Below are positions 46,014-60,253 of a DNA stretch of 64,000 bases, in pieces; positions within the stretch are counted from its first letter, which is position 1; each line of letters opens with the position of its first letter. The stretch comes from Actinomycetota bacterium. Its GTDB lineage: Bacteria > Actinomycetota > Actinomycetes > S36-B12. The position numbers were made by a program, and so were the translations under genes. The notes below the pieces were generated by a model. That model had not been told where the DNA came from and did no database searches. It saw only the letters and a list, made by a program, of their open reading frames with translations. The stretch lies in NCBI GenBank assembly GCA_017856385.1, contig JAFMFD010000004.1, positions 2,828-66,827 on the forward strand. The letters are read 5' to 3'.

Positions 46014-47060
46014 ATGAAGCTGGGCGTCAACCTCGGGTACTGGGGAGCCGGCAACGACGCCGACAACCTGGTCCTCGCGCAGGAGGCAGACCGACTCGGC
46101 TACTCGGTCGCCTGGGCGGCCGAGGCCTACGGCTCGGATGCGGCCACTGTCCTGACCTGGATCGCGGCCCAGACATCCTCGATTGACGTGGGGTCCGCCG
46201 TGTTCCAGATCCCGGGTCGGACGCCGGCCAACACCGCGATGACGGCGGCGACCCTCGACACCCTGTCCGGGGGCCGGTTCCGCCTCGGCCTGGGCGTCTC
46301 CGGACCCCAGGTGTCCGAGGGGTGGCACGGCGTGCGGTTCGACCGGCCGCTCGTCCGCACCCGGGAGTACGTCGACATCGTGCGCATGGCCCTGTCGCGT
46401 CAGCGGGTGCAGTACCAGGGGGAGTTCTTCACCCTGCCCCTGCCGGACGGGCCGGGCAAGGCGCTCACCCTGACCGTGCACCCGGTGCGCGAGTCGATTC
46501 CCATCTACCTCGCCGCCATCGGGCCGAAGAACCTCGAGCTCACCGGGCAGATCGCCGACGGATGGCTGGCGATCTTCTTCTCGCCGGAGGCGGCGGGGGA
46601 GATCATGGCGCCGATGGTCAGCGCGCGTGAGGCCACGGGCCGCACGATGGACGGCTTCGACGTCGTCCCGACCGTGCCCGTGGTGCTGGGCGCCGACCCC
46701 GTCGCCGCCGCCGACGCTGTGCGCTTCTACTCGGCGCTCTACATCGGGGGCATGGGCAGCCGCGAGCGCAACTTCTACCACCAGCTCGCGTGCCGCATGG
46801 GGTACGAGGAGGCTGCCGGTCGCATCCAGGACCACTACCTCGCCAGGGAGTACGACGCGGCGATGGCCGCGGTGCCGTTCGAGTTCATGGACCGCACGTC
46901 CCTGCTCGGACCGCCGGACCGGATCCGGGAGCGCCTCCAGGCGTATGCCGATGCCGGCGTGACCACGCTCACCCTGGCGCCGTACGCCGGTGACGCCGCC
47001 GAGCGGCGCCGCACCCTGCAGGTGATGGTGGACCTCGTCGAGCAGGCGGGGCTGGCCTGA
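46014..47060 (+). CDS. LLM-class (luciferase-like) flavin/F420-dependent oxidoreductase
   Basis: Motifs MKLGVNLGYWG, AEAYGSDAATVL, GRFRLGLGVSGPQV and GWHG. Confidence 0.8.
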   Translation: MKLGVNLGYWGAGNDADNLVLAQEADRLGYSVAWAAEAYGSDAATVLTWIAAQTSSIDVGSAVFQIPGRTPANTAMTAATLDTLSGGRFRLGLGVSGPQVSEGWHGVRFDRPLVRTREYVDIVRMALSRQRVQYQGEFFTLPLPDGPGKALTLTVHPVRESIPIYLAAIGPKNLELTGQIADGWLAIFFSPEAAGEIMAPMVSAREATGRTMDGFDVVPTVPVVLGADPVAAADAVRFYSALYIGGMGSRERNFYHQLACRMGYEEAAGRIQDHYLAREYDAAMAAVPFEFMDRTSLLGPPDRIRERLQAYADAGVTTLTLAPYAGDAAERRRTLQVMVDLVEQAGLA

Positions 47061-47062
47061 CG

Positions 47063-47884
47063 GTGACCTGGCTTGAGGCGGTCGTCCTCGGGGTGATTCA
47101 GGGACTCACCGAGTTCCTGCCGATCTCCTCCAGCGCGCACCTGCTGATCGTGTCCCAGCTGCTCGGCTGGGGTGATCCAGGAGCCGCGTTCACGGCTGTC
47201 AGCCAGATCGGCACCGAGTGCGCGGTGATCGTGTACTTCCGGAGGGAGATCGCGGCGATCCTGCGTGCCTGGGCGCGGTCACTTGTCAGCGCCGATGCCC
47301 GCAGCGATCCCGATGCGCGCATGGGCTGGCTCGTCATCATCGGCACCCTGCCCATCGCCGTGCTCGGCCTGGCGTTCTCGAAGCAGATCGAGACGGTGGC
47401 GCGCAACCTCTGGCTGACCGCGGCCATGCTCATCGTGTTCGCGCTGCTCCTTGGCGCTGCGGATCGACTCGGCACACGGCTCAAGACCGAGCGCGACCTC
47501 ACGTGGCGCGACGGCATCCTCTTCGGCCTCGCGCAGGCTCTTGCCCTCATCCCGGGCGTGTCCCGCTCCGGCGCGACGATCACCGCAGGGCTGGCCCTCG
47601 GCTACACCCGCGCCGCCGCCGCCCGCTACGCCTTCCTATTGGCCATCCCTGCGGTCCTCGCCTCCGGCCTCTACGAGGCGACGAAGATCGGTGACGACGC
47701 GACCGCCGCATGGGGGCCGACGATCCTGGCGACCGTGATCGCGTTCGGCGTCGGATTCGCCGTGATCGCATGGCTGATGCGCTGGCTGACCACCCGCAGC
47801 TACCTGCCGTTCGTGGTGTACCGGCTGGCACTGGGATCCCTGCTCATCGTCCTCCTGGCGACAGGCGTGCTCAGCGCGACCTGA
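47063..47884 (+). CDS. uppP: undecaprenyl-diphosphate phosphatase
   Basis: GTG start. Motifs GVIQGLTEFLPISSSAHL and PGVSRSGATI. Confidence 0.9.
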   Translation: MTWLEAVVLGVIQGLTEFLPISSSAHLLIVSQLLGWGDPGAAFTAVSQIGTECAVIVYFRREIAAILRAWARSLVSADARSDPDARMGWLVIIGTLPIAVLGLAFSKQIETVARNLWLTAAMLIVFALLLGAADRLGTRLKTERDLTWRDGILFGLAQALALIPGVSRSGATITAGLALGYTRAAAARYAFLLAIPAVLASGLYEATKIGDDATAAWGPTILATVIAFGVGFAVIAWLMRWLTTRSYLPFVVYRLALGSLLIVLLATGVLSAT

Positions 47885-47911
47885 GCGGTCGGCATGGCAG
47901 GTCGCGGGGGG

Positions 47912-48922
47912 TCAGAGCCAGCCGGACCGGCGGAACGCCCGGTACATCAGGGTGCAGGTCCCGCCCATGATCAGCAGGATCATCGGGTAGCCGAACGCCC
48001 AGTGCAGCTCGGGCATGGAGTCGAAGTTCATGCCGTAGATGCCCGCGATCATCGTGGGCACCGCGGCGATCGCCACCCATGCGGAGATCTTGCGCATGTC
48101 GCGGTTCTGCTGCAGGTCCTGCAGGCTTGTCGACGCCATCAGCATCGTCATGAGGAGCGTGTCCGACGCCTCGGTCGAATCATGTGCGCGCAACAGATGG
48201 TCGCCGACGTCGCGGAAGTAGGGGCGCATCGTCTCGGGCACCCAGTCCGCGCGCTCCGAGATGGCGTCCAGCGCCCATGGCACCAGCGGCTGGACCGCCC
48301 TGCGGATCTCGACGTTCTCGCGCTTGAGGCGGTAGATGGCATTCGTCGAGTCGACCGAGGGATTCGCGGCGAAGATGCTCGCCTCGAGGGTCTCGACGTC
48401 CATCGAGACCTCGTTGGCCACGGCGAGGTACCCGTCGACGGTGCGGTCCAGCACGGCGTAGAGCACGCCGATCGGGCCGGACCCCCGTAGGTCGGCGCTC
48501 TCGTCGAGCCGCGCCCGGATGGGGGCGAGATCCACCGCCCGGCCGTAGCGGACCGTGAGTGCGAACCCGTCGCCGAGGTACACCGACACCTGACCGGTCG
48601 TGACGTCGGACGTATCCTCGACGTAGTCGAGCACCTTCAGCAGGGCCAGGCCGTGGCCGTGGTCGTCGATCTCGAACTTCGGCCGCTGGTCGACGTTGGT
48701 GATGTCCTCCATCTGCAGGTGGGGGATGCCGAAGACGTCGCGCACCATGGCCGTCTCCGCGGCGGTGGGCTCGAACAGGCCCACCCACACAAACCCCTCG
48801 TGCTTCGTTCGACACGCGTCGCGCAGCTCGCGCAGGCGGGGCTCGGGGTCGAGGTCCCCGGGGTTCTCCCACGTGTGCACGTCCTCCAGGGGCGTGACGT
48901 GGTCGGGGGCGTACAGGCCCAT
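47912..48922 (-). CDS. corA: CorA-family Mg2+/Co2+ transporter
   Basis: The 398-aa ORF is trimmed to ATG 48922 (GTG 48934 is an alternative). Contains the YGMNF motif and two C-terminal TM helices. Confidence 0.8.
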   Translation of the reverse strand: MGLYAPDHVTPLEDVHTWENPGDLDPEPRLRELRDACRTKHEGFVWVGLFEPTAAETAMVRDVFGIPHLQMEDITNVDQRPKFEIDDHGHGLALLKVLDYVEDTSDVTTGQVSVYLGDGFALTVRYGRAVDLAPIRARLDESADLRGSGPIGVLYAVLDRTVDGYLAVANEVSMDVETLEASIFAANPSVDSTNAIYRLKRENVEIRRAVQPLVPWALDAISERADWVPETMRPYFRDVGDHLLRAHDSTEASDTLLMTMLMASTSLQDLQQNRDMRKISAWVAIAAVPTMIAGIYGMNFDSMPELHWAFGYPMILLIMGGTCTLMYRAFRRSGWL

Positions 48923-48979
48923 GCCGCGGATCACATGCGCATTCTGCCGCCTCAACGGTAACGATCTACGCTGGAGGGC

Positions 48980-49663
48980 ATGTCGACGGTGCTCCTCGTC
49001 CGCCATGGGCGGACGACCGCCAACGCCGGCGGCATCCTCGCGGGTCGCCAGCCGGGCGTTCACCTCGACGACACCGGTCGGGAGCAGGCCGCGGCCCTCG
49101 GCGGGCACCTCGCCGAGGTGCCGCTCGTCGCGGCGGTCACCTCACCGCTGGAGAGGTGCCGGGAGACGCTGGACCTGCTCCTCGGCGACCGCCCAGACGT
49201 GCCCGTGCACGTCGACGAACGGCTCTCCGAGTGCGATTACGGGGACTGGTCGGGGCGATCGCTGAAGGAGCTCGCTCGTGAGCCCGCCTGGAAGGTCGTG
49301 CAGGGCCACGCCAGCGCTGCTGGGTTCCCCGGCGGCGAGACCCTGCTGCAGATGCAGGGACGTGCAGTGGACGCGATCCGTGACTGGAACACCGTGCTTG
49401 GGGACTCCGCGGTCTACCTCGTGGTGAGCCATGGCGACGTGATCAAGTCCATCCTCGCGGATGCCCTCGGAATGCACCTGGACCAGTTCCAGCGGATCCG
49501 CGTGGACCCGGCGTCCACGAGCGTCGTGGAGTACACCGTCCTGCGGCCCTTCGTCGACCGCATGAACGACACCGGTCCAGGGGCAGCGCGCCTGGCGACT
49601 CGACGGCCGCGGCGTGGTCGCCGGCGCGGCGAAGCTGTCGTCGGTGGGGGTGGCGGGTCATGA
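48980..49663 (+). CDS. histidine phosphatase family protein (actinobacterial putative-phosphomutase type found near mshC)
   Basis: Motifs LLVRHGRTTAN, SPLERCRET and VVSHGDVIK. Confidence 0.8.
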   Translation: MSTVLLVRHGRTTANAGGILAGRQPGVHLDDTGREQAAALGGHLAEVPLVAAVTSPLERCRETLDLLLGDRPDVPVHVDERLSECDYGDWSGRSLKELAREPAWKVVQGHASAAGFPGGETLLQMQGRAVDAIRDWNTVLGDSAVYLVVSHGDVIKSILADALGMHLDQFQRIRVDPASTSVVEYTVLRPFVDRMNDTGPGAARLATRRPRRGRRRGEAVVGGGGGS

Positions 49664-50223
49664 CGCGGCACGTCTTCGACTTCGACGCGACCGAGCGCTT
49701 CGTGCTCGGCACGGTCGGCATGCCGGGTGAGCGGACCTTCTTCCTCCAGGCGCGGCAGACGGGCATGCTCACCAGCGTCATCCTCGAGAAGGCCCAGGCG
49801 GCCGCTCTCGCCGACCGGGTCGACCAGCTGCTCGACGAGGCACGGGCGCGTGGCCACGAGGACGTCATCCCGGCAGATGCCGCGGTCACCATCACGGACA
49901 CCGCGCCGCTCGATGCCCCGATCGTCGAGGAGTTCCGCGTGGGGGCCATGGCCCTCGGCTGGGACGAGGCCAGCCGCCGCGTCGTCATCGAGGCCCATGC
50001 CGTCGCGGACGAGCCGGCGTCGATCCCCGACATCGGCGACGACGACGCCCCGGGACCGGACACCCTGCGGGTCTGGCTGTCGGCGGCCATGGCCCGGGCG
50101 TTCGCGGACCGTGCACGCAGCGTCGTCTCCGCAGGCCGCCCGCCCTGCCCGTTCTGCAGCCAGCCGCTCGATCCCGAGGGCCACATCTGCCCGCGCTCCA
50201 ACGGGTACCGCCGGCGATCGTGA
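49660..50223 (+). CDS. conserved actinobacterial protein with C-terminal CxxC...HxC (recalled as DUF3090)
   Basis: ATGA overlap at the start. Motifs FVLGTVGMPGERTFFLQA and CPFCSQPLDPEGHICPRSNGY. Confidence 0.65.
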   Translation: MTRHVFDFDATERFVLGTVGMPGERTFFLQARQTGMLTSVILEKAQAAALADRVDQLLDEARARGHEDVIPADAAVTITDTAPLDAPIVEEFRVGAMALGWDEASRRVVIEAHAVADEPASIPDIGDDDAPGPDTLRVWLSAAMARAFADRARSVVSAGRPPCPFCSQPLDPEGHICPRSNGYRRRS

Positions 50224-51002
50224 TGCCCGTGGACGCCTTCGCGCTGCTCACCGAGGCCGAGCTGACGATCGAAGGACGGCTGCTGAGCGCGTCCAACGCC
50301 ACGCTGCGGGCCCGTCTCGGCGACGACGGTCCCCGCTGCGTGGTCAAGCCGGTCGCCGGTGAGCGCCCCCTGTGGGACTTCCCCGACGGCACGCTCACCG
50401 GTCGGGAGCTTGCAGCCCATGCGCTCTCCGAGCTGCTCGGATGGGGGCTGGTCCCACCGACCGTATGGCGCGACGATCCTGAGCTCGGCCCGGCGATGTG
50501 CCAGTGGTGGATCGACGAGGTCCCTCACCTTCGGCCCGTCGCGGTGGTCGCACCCGACGCCGTTCCCGAAGGATGGGCCGCCGTGCTGGAGGCCGAGGAC
50601 GGCCGCGGTGCTCCGGTGGTCCTGGTCCACAGCCGTTCACCGCAACTGGAGAGGCTCGCCGTGTTCGACGCCGTCGCCAACAATGCCGACCGCAAGGGCG
50701 GCCACGTGCTCGTGGATTCCGAGGGGGCGGTCTGGGGGATCGACCATGGCGTGTGCTTCTCCGATGAGCCCAAGCTGCGGACTGTCCTGTGGGGCTGGAG
50801 CGGCGAGCCGATCGGCGAGGAGATCCTCACAGACCTGCAGCGCCTGCGGGACGACCTCGACGAGGGCGTCGACGCCATCGACCGCTGGCTTGACGGGCAC
50901 GAGCGGGAGGCCCTGCGCGCACGGGTGGGCCGACTCCTCCGCCGAGGCACCCACCCGGAGCCCTCAACCCGCTGGCCCGCCATCCCGTGGCCGGTGTTCT
51001 GA
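50220..51002 (+). CDS. SCO1664-family protein (PI3/PI4-kinase-like signature)
   Basis: GTGA overlap at the start (50220-50223). NNADRKGGHVLV and WGIDHGVCF resemble the catalytic and activation loops of atypical kinases. Confidence 0.65.
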   Translation: MMPVDAFALLTEAELTIEGRLLSASNATLRARLGDDGPRCVVKPVAGERPLWDFPDGTLTGRELAAHALSELLGWGLVPPTVWRDDPELGPAMCQWWIDEVPHLRPVAVVAPDAVPEGWAAVLEAEDGRGAPVVLVHSRSPQLERLAVFDAVANNADRKGGHVLVDSEGAVWGIDHGVCFSDEPKLRTVLWGWSGEPIGEEILTDLQRLRDDLDEGVDAIDRWLDGHEREALRARVGRLLRRGTHPEPSTRWPAIPWPVF

Positions 51003-51030
51003 CCTGCTCATCCGTCACTAGGCTCGCCCT

Positions 51031-52245
51031 GTGGAGGCGTGGTCGGTGCCGCAGGTTCCCCTCCTGCCCGGCAGGGGGCTCACCCTCGCACTCCATGACA
51101 CCGCGACCGGCGAAGTCCGTCCGACGTCCCCTGGCCCGGTTGCGCGCATGTACGTGTGCGGCATCACGCCCTACGACGCCACGCACCTGGGCCATGCGTT
51201 CACGTACGTCACGTTCGACCTGATTTATCGCGCCTGGCGCGACGCCGGCCACGAGGTCCACTACGTCCAGAACGTCACCGACATAGACGACCCGCTCCTC
51301 GAGCGTGCCGTCGCGACGGGCCAGGACTGGCGGGCGATCGCCGATCGCGAGACCGCGCTGTTCCGCGAGGACATGGCCGCCCTCAACGTCCTGCCCCCGC
51401 GTGACTACATCGGCGCGGTCGAGGCCATCCCGTCAGTGGCGCAGTACGTCGAGGACCTGCAGGAGCGAGGTGCGGTCTACGCCGTCGACGACGACCTCTA
51501 CTTCTCTGTGTCCGCGGACCCGGGCTTCGGCTCGGTGAGCGGCCTGGACCGCGACGAGATGCTCCGGATCTTCGCCGAGCGGGGCGGCGACCCGCAGCGC
51601 CCCGGCAAGGCCGACCCGCTCGACTGCCTCGTCTGGCAGTCCGAGCGACCCGACGAGCCTGCCTGGACGACGTCGCTCGGCCACGGTCGGCCGGGATGGC
51701 ACATCGAGTGCACGGCGATCGCGCTCGACCATCTCGGGATGGGCTTCGACATCCAGGGCGGCGGGCGTGACCTGGTGTTCCCGCACCACGAGATGTGCGC
51801 GGCGGAGGCGCAGGCGCTGACGGAGTCAGTCCCCTTCGCGCAGCACTACGTCCACTCCGCAATGGTCGCCTGGCAGGGGCACAAGATGTCGAAGTCACGG
51901 GGCAACCTTGTCTTCGTGTCGGCCCTGCGCCATGCCGGCGCCGACCCTGCCGCTATTCGACTCGCCCTGCTCGCGCATCACTACCGGAACGACTGGGAGT
52001 GGGTCGACGAGGACCTCGTCACCGCGCAGCAGCGGCTCGACCTCTGGCGCTCCGCAGTCGCATCGGACGCCGGGCCCGATGCCACGCAGACCATCCAGTG
52101 GATGCGGCGGGCCCTGGCCGACGATCTCCAGGCGCCCGCAGCCCTCGATGCCGTGGACGAATGGTGCCGGGGTGCGGGCACGAGCCCCGAGGGACCAGGG
52201 CTCATCGCCGACGCTGTCGACGCGCTCCTCGGAGTCCGGCTCTAG
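51031..52245 (+). CDS. mshC: L-cysteine:1D-myo-inositol 2-amino-2-deoxy-alpha-D-glucopyranoside ligase (mycothiol biosynthesis)
   Basis: GTG start. Motifs [42 protein letters not shown] and KMSKSRGN. About 400 aa, with no anticodon domain. Confidence 0.9.
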   Translation: MEAWSVPQVPLLPGRGLTLALHDTATGEVRPTSPGPVARMYVCGITPYDATHLGHAFTYVTFDLIYRAWRDAGHEVHYVQNVTDIDDPLLERAVATGQDWRAIADRETALFREDMAALNVLPPRDYIGAVEAIPSVAQYVEDLQERGAVYAVDDDLYFSVSADPGFGSVSGLDRDEMLRIFAERGGDPQRPGKADPLDCLVWQSERPDEPAWTTSLGHGRPGWHIECTAIALDHLGMGFDIQGGGRDLVFPHHEMCAAEAQALTESVPFAQHYVHSAMVAWQGHKMSKSRGNLVFVSALRHAGADPAAIRLALLAHHYRNDWEWVDEDLVTAQQRLDLWRSAVASDAGPDATQTIQWMRRALADDLQAPAALDAVDEWCRGAGTSPEGPGLIADAVDALLGVRL

Positions 52246-53279
52246 GAGCCCTTCTCCGCATGTCCGCCGAACTCCTTGCGCATCGCACTGAGGACCCTGC
52301 CCGCGAAGACCCCTGATCCCTGGGACTCTAAGCGCTCGTACAGGGCCGCGGTCAGGACCGGCGCCGGGACGCCCTCCTCGATGGCCGCGATGGCGGTCCA
52401 CCGCCCCTCCCCGGAGTCGGACACGCGGCCGCTGAACTCGGCCAGGTCGGGGGACGAGTGCAGGGCGCTCGCCGTGAGGTCCAGAAGCCATGAGCCCACC
52501 ACGGATCCCCGGCGCCACAGCTCCGCGATCGCCGGGATGTCGAGGTCGTACTGGTAGTACTGGGGGTCCGATAGGGGAGCCGTCTCGGCGTCCGCATCGC
52601 GACTCAGCCGGCCTGCATCGGCGTGCTTGAGGATGTTCAGGCCCTCGGCGTACGCGGCCATGAGCCCATACTCGATCCCGTTGTGCACCATCTTGACGAA
52701 GTGGCCCGCCCCTCCGGGCCCGCAGTGCAGCCAGCCGTGCTCCTCCGGTGCGGGCGCTCCCGAGCGTCCGGGCGTGCGGGCGGCTGCGCCCGTACCGGGG
52801 GCGATGGTGTCCCACAGTGGTGCGAGGCGCGCGACCGCGTCGTCCGGGCCGCCGATCATCAGGCAGTAGCCGCGCTCGAGCCCCCAGACACCGCCGGACG
52901 TGCCCACGTCGAGGTACTCGATCCCCTGCTCGGCAGCCGCGGCACCCCGGCGTATGTCGTCCCGGTAGTACGAATTGCCGCCGTCGATGATGCAGTCGCC
53001 CGCGTCGAGCTCGGCGATCAGCTGCGACACCACCGACTCGGTGACCTCGCCGGCCGGGACCATGACCCAGACCGTGCGTGGCGCGGGCAGCGCGGCGACC
53101 AGGTTCGCAATCGACGACGCGCCGACCGCGCCTTCCGCGACCAGCTCAGCCACCGCATCCGGGCGGGGGTCGAAGGCGTGGAGGGTGTGGCCACCCGACA
53201 TCGCCCGCCGGACCAGGTTCGCGCCCATGCGCCCCAGGCCGACCATCCCCAGGGTGACGCTCGATTCGGACGGTGGCAC
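52242..53279 (-). CDS. gnd: 6-phosphogluconate dehydrogenase, decarboxylating (short form)
   Basis: Motifs [45 protein letters not shown] and MRKEFGGH. The start is GTG 53279 (GGAGGA upstream) or ATG 53246. Confidence 0.85.
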   Translation of the reverse strand: MPPSESSVTLGMVGLGRMGANLVRRAMSGGHTLHAFDPRPDAVAELVAEGAVGASSIANLVAALPAPRTVWVMVPAGEVTESVVSQLIAELDAGDCIIDGGNSYYRDDIRRGAAAAEQGIEYLDVGTSGGVWGLERGYCLMIGGPDDAVARLAPLWDTIAPGTGAAARTPGRSGAPAPEEHGWLHCGPGGAGHFVKMVHNGIEYGLMAAYAEGLNILKHADAGRLSRDADAETAPLSDPQYYQYDLDIPAIAELWRRGSVVGSWLLDLTASALHSSPDLAEFSGRVSDSGEGRWTAIAAIEEGVPAPVLTAALYERLESQGSGVFAGRVLSAMRKEFGGHAEKGS

Positions 53280-53374
53280 GGTTCCTCCCGGTTCCAGGTG
53301 TCGGCTGCCCACGCATCGCCGAGTCTTCGTCACGCTAGTCGCTCCGGCGTGCGACTGCATGGAAGGCTGCCCCC

Positions 53375-55009
53375 ATGACCGAGAGCATTCATCCACCCGT
53401 CATCGACCCCACCACTGTGCCGGCGTGGGAGAACCTGATGGCCCTGGCGGCGGAGCTCGAGGGCACGACGATCCGCGACCTCATCGATGCCGACCCTGCG
53501 AGGGCATCGGCCCAGACGCACACGGCCGCCCGGGTGCACCTCGACCTGTCGCGCCAGCGCATCACGCCCGCGATCCTCGACCAGCTCCTCGCGCTCGCGG
53601 ACCAGACCGGTGTCCTCGCACTCCGCGATGCCATGCTGGCAGGGCAGAACATCAACACCACCGAGGGCCGGGCCGTGCTGCACACGGCACTGCGGCTCCC
53701 GGCGAGCGTGTCGCTCATCGTCGACGGTGTCGACGCTGTCCGGGAGGTCCATGACGTCCTCGACCGCATGGGTGCCTTCGCCGGAGATGTCCGCAGCGGC
53801 CGATGGCAAGGTGCGACGGGCGAGCGCATCGCTCACGTGATCAACATCGGCATCGGCGGATCCGACCTCGGGCCGGCGATGGCGCGGATCGCCCTGGCGG
53901 CCTTCGCCACGCCCGACATCGACTTCCACTTCGTGTCCAATGTCGACCCGACCGACATCAGCCTCGCGCTAGCCGCGTGCAATCCCGCGTCGACGCTCGT
54001 CATCGTCGCCTCCAAGACCTTCACGACCCTGGAGACGATGACCAACGCGCACGCGGCGCGCGAGTGGATCGTGAGCGCGCTGGGGGAGGCGGCCGTCGCA
54101 CGTCACTTCGCCGCAGTGTCGACGAACACCGAGAAGGTCATCGAGTTCGGCATCGACCCAACCCTGATGTTCGGCTTCTGGGACTGGGTGGGGGGCCGGT
54201 ACTCGATGGAGTCGTCGATCGGCCTGAGCACCATGATCGCCATCGGGCGCGAGGGATACGACCAGCTGCTGGCGGGCTTCCACGCGATGGACGTGCATTT
54301 CGCGACAGCAGATCCTGCGTCCAACCTCCCGCTGCTCATGGGGTTGGTCGCCGTGTGGAACCGCGACTTCCTCGGTGTCGGTACCACCGCGGTGCTGCCC
54401 TACTCGCAGTACCTCTCGCGCTTTCCGGCGTACCTGCAGCAGCTCACCATGGAGAGCAACGGCAAGTCTGTCCGACGTGACGGGTCGGCGGTCGGCTACC
54501 CGACGGGCGCCATCTTCTGGGGGGAGCCGGGCACGAACGGGCAGCACTCGTTCTACCAGCTGTTGCATCAGGGCACGACGACCGTCGCATGCGACATCGT
54601 CGTCATCGCGCGCAGTGAGGATCCGCTCACAGACCAGCAGGACATGCTCGTGGCCAACGCACTCGCGCAGGCCGCCGTGCTCGCGCGGGGGCGGACCGCC
54701 GAGGAGGTAGCCGCGGATGGCACGCCCCTCGAGCTCGTACCGCACAAGGTCATGCCGGGCAATCGTCCCGTGTCGGTGATCATGGTCGATCGGCTTGATC
54801 CGTACACGCTGGGTGCGCTGGTGGCCCTGTACGAGCACAGCGTGATGGTCCAGGGCGCTGTGTGGGGCATCGACTCGTTCGACCAATGGGGCGTCGAGCT
54901 CGGCAAGAAGGTGGCCCTCGGCATTCTCGCCGCACTGACCGGACCGGCCGCCGGGGGATTCGACCCCTCGACCGACGCCTCGATCGCGCTGTACCGCCGA
55001 CTCCGCTAG
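53375..55009 (+). CDS. pgi: glucose-6-phosphate isomerase
   Basis: Motifs NTTEGRAVLHTALR, IGIGGSDLGP, SKTFTTLET, ESNGK and GTNGQHSFYQLLHQG. Confidence 0.95.
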   Translation: MTESIHPPVIDPTTVPAWENLMALAAELEGTTIRDLIDADPARASAQTHTAARVHLDLSRQRITPAILDQLLALADQTGVLALRDAMLAGQNINTTEGRAVLHTALRLPASVSLIVDGVDAVREVHDVLDRMGAFAGDVRSGRWQGATGERIAHVINIGIGGSDLGPAMARIALAAFATPDIDFHFVSNVDPTDISLALAACNPASTLVIVASKTFTTLETMTNAHAAREWIVSALGEAAVARHFAAVSTNTEKVIEFGIDPTLMFGFWDWVGGRYSMESSIGLSTMIAIGREGYDQLLAGFHAMDVHFATADPASNLPLLMGLVAVWNRDFLGVGTTAVLPYSQYLSRFPAYLQQLTMESNGKSVRRDGSAVGYPTGAIFWGEPGTNGQHSFYQLLHQGTTTVACDIVVIARSEDPLTDQQDMLVANALAQAAVLARGRTAEEVAADGTPLELVPHKVMPGNRPVSVIMVDRLDPYTLGALVALYEHSVMVQGAVWGIDSFDQWGVELGKKVALGILAALTGPAAGGFDPSTDASIALYRRLR

Positions 55010-55016
55010 CCGGTCA

Positions 55017-55865
55017 TCAGCTCTCGCTGCCCCGACGGCGCAGGTAGCGCTCGAACTCACGGGCGATGGCCTCCCCGCTCGCCTCGGGCAGGTCGACGGC
55101 GTCCCGCACCTCCTCGAGCTGACGGACGTACTCCGCGATCTCCTCGTCCTCGCCGGCGAGCTCGTCCACACCCACCTCCCACGCCCGCGCCTCCTCGACG
55201 AGGTCGCCCAGCGGGACGGGGACGTCGAGGATGTCCTCGACGCGCCGCACGAGGGCGAGGGTCGCCTTGGGGCACGGTGGCTGCGCGACGTAGTGCGGGA
55301 CGGCGGCCCACAGCGAGAGTGCCGACATGCCGAACCTGCCGCAGGCCTCCTGCAGCACGCCGACGATGCCGGTGGGGCCCTCGTACGTCGAGGCCTCGAG
55401 CTGGTGTAGCGACTGCAGGGTCGGATCGGAGGACGTGCTGGTCACCGGTACGGGGCGCGAATGGGGCGTGTCGGACAGCAGTGCACCGAGGGTGATGATC
55501 ATCGACACGTCGAGCTCGGCGGCGAGTCCGAGGATCTCGCGGACGAACTGCTGCCACTTCATGTTCGGCTCAATGCCCTGGACGAGGACGATGTCGCGGG
55601 GGAAGAGCGGCACGCGGGCGACATAGATGCGCGTGGCGGGCCACGTCAGGCTGCGGATCCCGGACTCGTCGACGGCGATGATAGGCCGGTTGACCTGGTA
55701 GTCGTAGTACTCCTCGGAGTCCAGGTCGGCGAGCGGCTGGGCATCCCACATGTCGCGAAGGTGCGCGATCGCTCCGGAGGCCGCTTCGCCCGCGTCGTTC
55801 CAGCCCTCGAAGGCTGCGACCATCACCGGGTCGACCAACTCAGGGAAGTCCTCGAGCTCGATCAC
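55017..55865 (-). CDS. PAC2-family (proteasome assembly chaperone-like) protein
   Basis: ORF trimmed to GTG 55865, preceded by GGAGGTGGA. Motifs MVAAFEGWNDAGEAAS and VQGIEPNMKW. Confidence 0.7.
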   Translation of the reverse strand: MIELEDFPELVDPVMVAAFEGWNDAGEAASGAIAHLRDMWDAQPLADLDSEEYYDYQVNRPIIAVDESGIRSLTWPATRIYVARVPLFPRDIVLVQGIEPNMKWQQFVREILGLAAELDVSMIITLGALLSDTPHSRPVPVTSTSSDPTLQSLHQLEASTYEGPTGIVGVLQEACGRFGMSALSLWAAVPHYVAQPPCPKATLALVRRVEDILDVPVPLGDLVEEARAWEVGVDELAGEDEEIAEYVRQLEEVRDAVDLPEASGEAIAREFERYLRRRGSES

Positions 55866-56021
55866 TCCACCTCCAGATCGCACGCTCCCGAACGCACGCG
55901 TGCCCACCCTATGCCCTAGGACCGCGCATCCTCCGGCGTCCGCGGGGGTCCATCCGGGGGTGCATTCGGGGTGCAGAGCGCCGTTCGGCGCGATGCGTGT
56001 TGCTCGGTAGGCTGAGGCACC

Positions 56022-59572
<3,551 letters not shown>

Positions 59573-59576
<4 letters not shown>

Positions 59577-60253
59577 CGTCGTCGCTGCCCCACGCCGTCC
59601 TGTTCGACATGGACGGCACCCTGGTCGACACGGAGGGCCTCTGGCTCGAGGCCGAGATCGAGGTCATGGGCGCGCTCGGGTCCAGCTGGACGGACGAGGA
59701 TCAGGAGCTGTGCCTCGGCGGGCCGCTGGAGCGGGTGACGGAGCACATGAGGGCACGGTCGGGCTCGGACACCGATCCGGTGCTCATCGGGGAGATGCTC
59801 CTCGATGCCATGGAGTCCCGGCTGTGGGCGCGTCCGCCGCAGTGGCGCCCGGGTGCCCGGGAGGTCATCGTGGACTGCCACGAGCACCGCGTGCCCACAG
59901 CACTCGTGTCGGCGTCGTGGACCCGGCTCATCCGCGCCGTCCAGGGTGCCATCGATGCGCAGTTCGGCAGGTCCCCGTTCGACGTGGTCGTCGCAGGCGA
60001 CGACGTCACGCACAGCAAGCCGCACCCGCAGCCGTACCTCGAGGCGGCACGCCTGCTCGGGGTCGATGCCGCACAGTGCCTCGCCCTGGAGGACTCGCCC
60101 ACCGGGGTCGTGTCCGCGCGGGACGCCGGATGCCGCGTCGTCGCGATCCCGCACCTGGCTCCGGTGGAGCACCTGGGCACGGCGGTCGTCGGGAGCCTCT
60201 CCGGGCGCGGCGTCTACGACCTGTGGGCCCTGGCCCGGGCCTCAGGCGGGTGA
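59573..60253 (+). CDS. HAD-superfamily hydrolase (phosphatase or beta-phosphoglucomutase-like subfamily)
   Basis: ATGA overlap with the metH stop. Motifs VLFDMDGTLVDTE, ALVSAS, HSKPHPQPY and LEDSPTG. Confidence 0.8.

Noticed and set aside
55866-56021. Possible riboswitch (SAH, SAM or cobalamin) in the 156-nt region upstream of metH
   Set aside because: I found only a short GCGCC-GTTC-GGCGC hairpin and a GGGGTGCA direct repeat. I could not recognise the conserved cores of the SAH, SAM-IV or cobalamin elements by eye. The region must also hold the divergent PAC2 promoter. A covariance-model scan would be needed to settle this.
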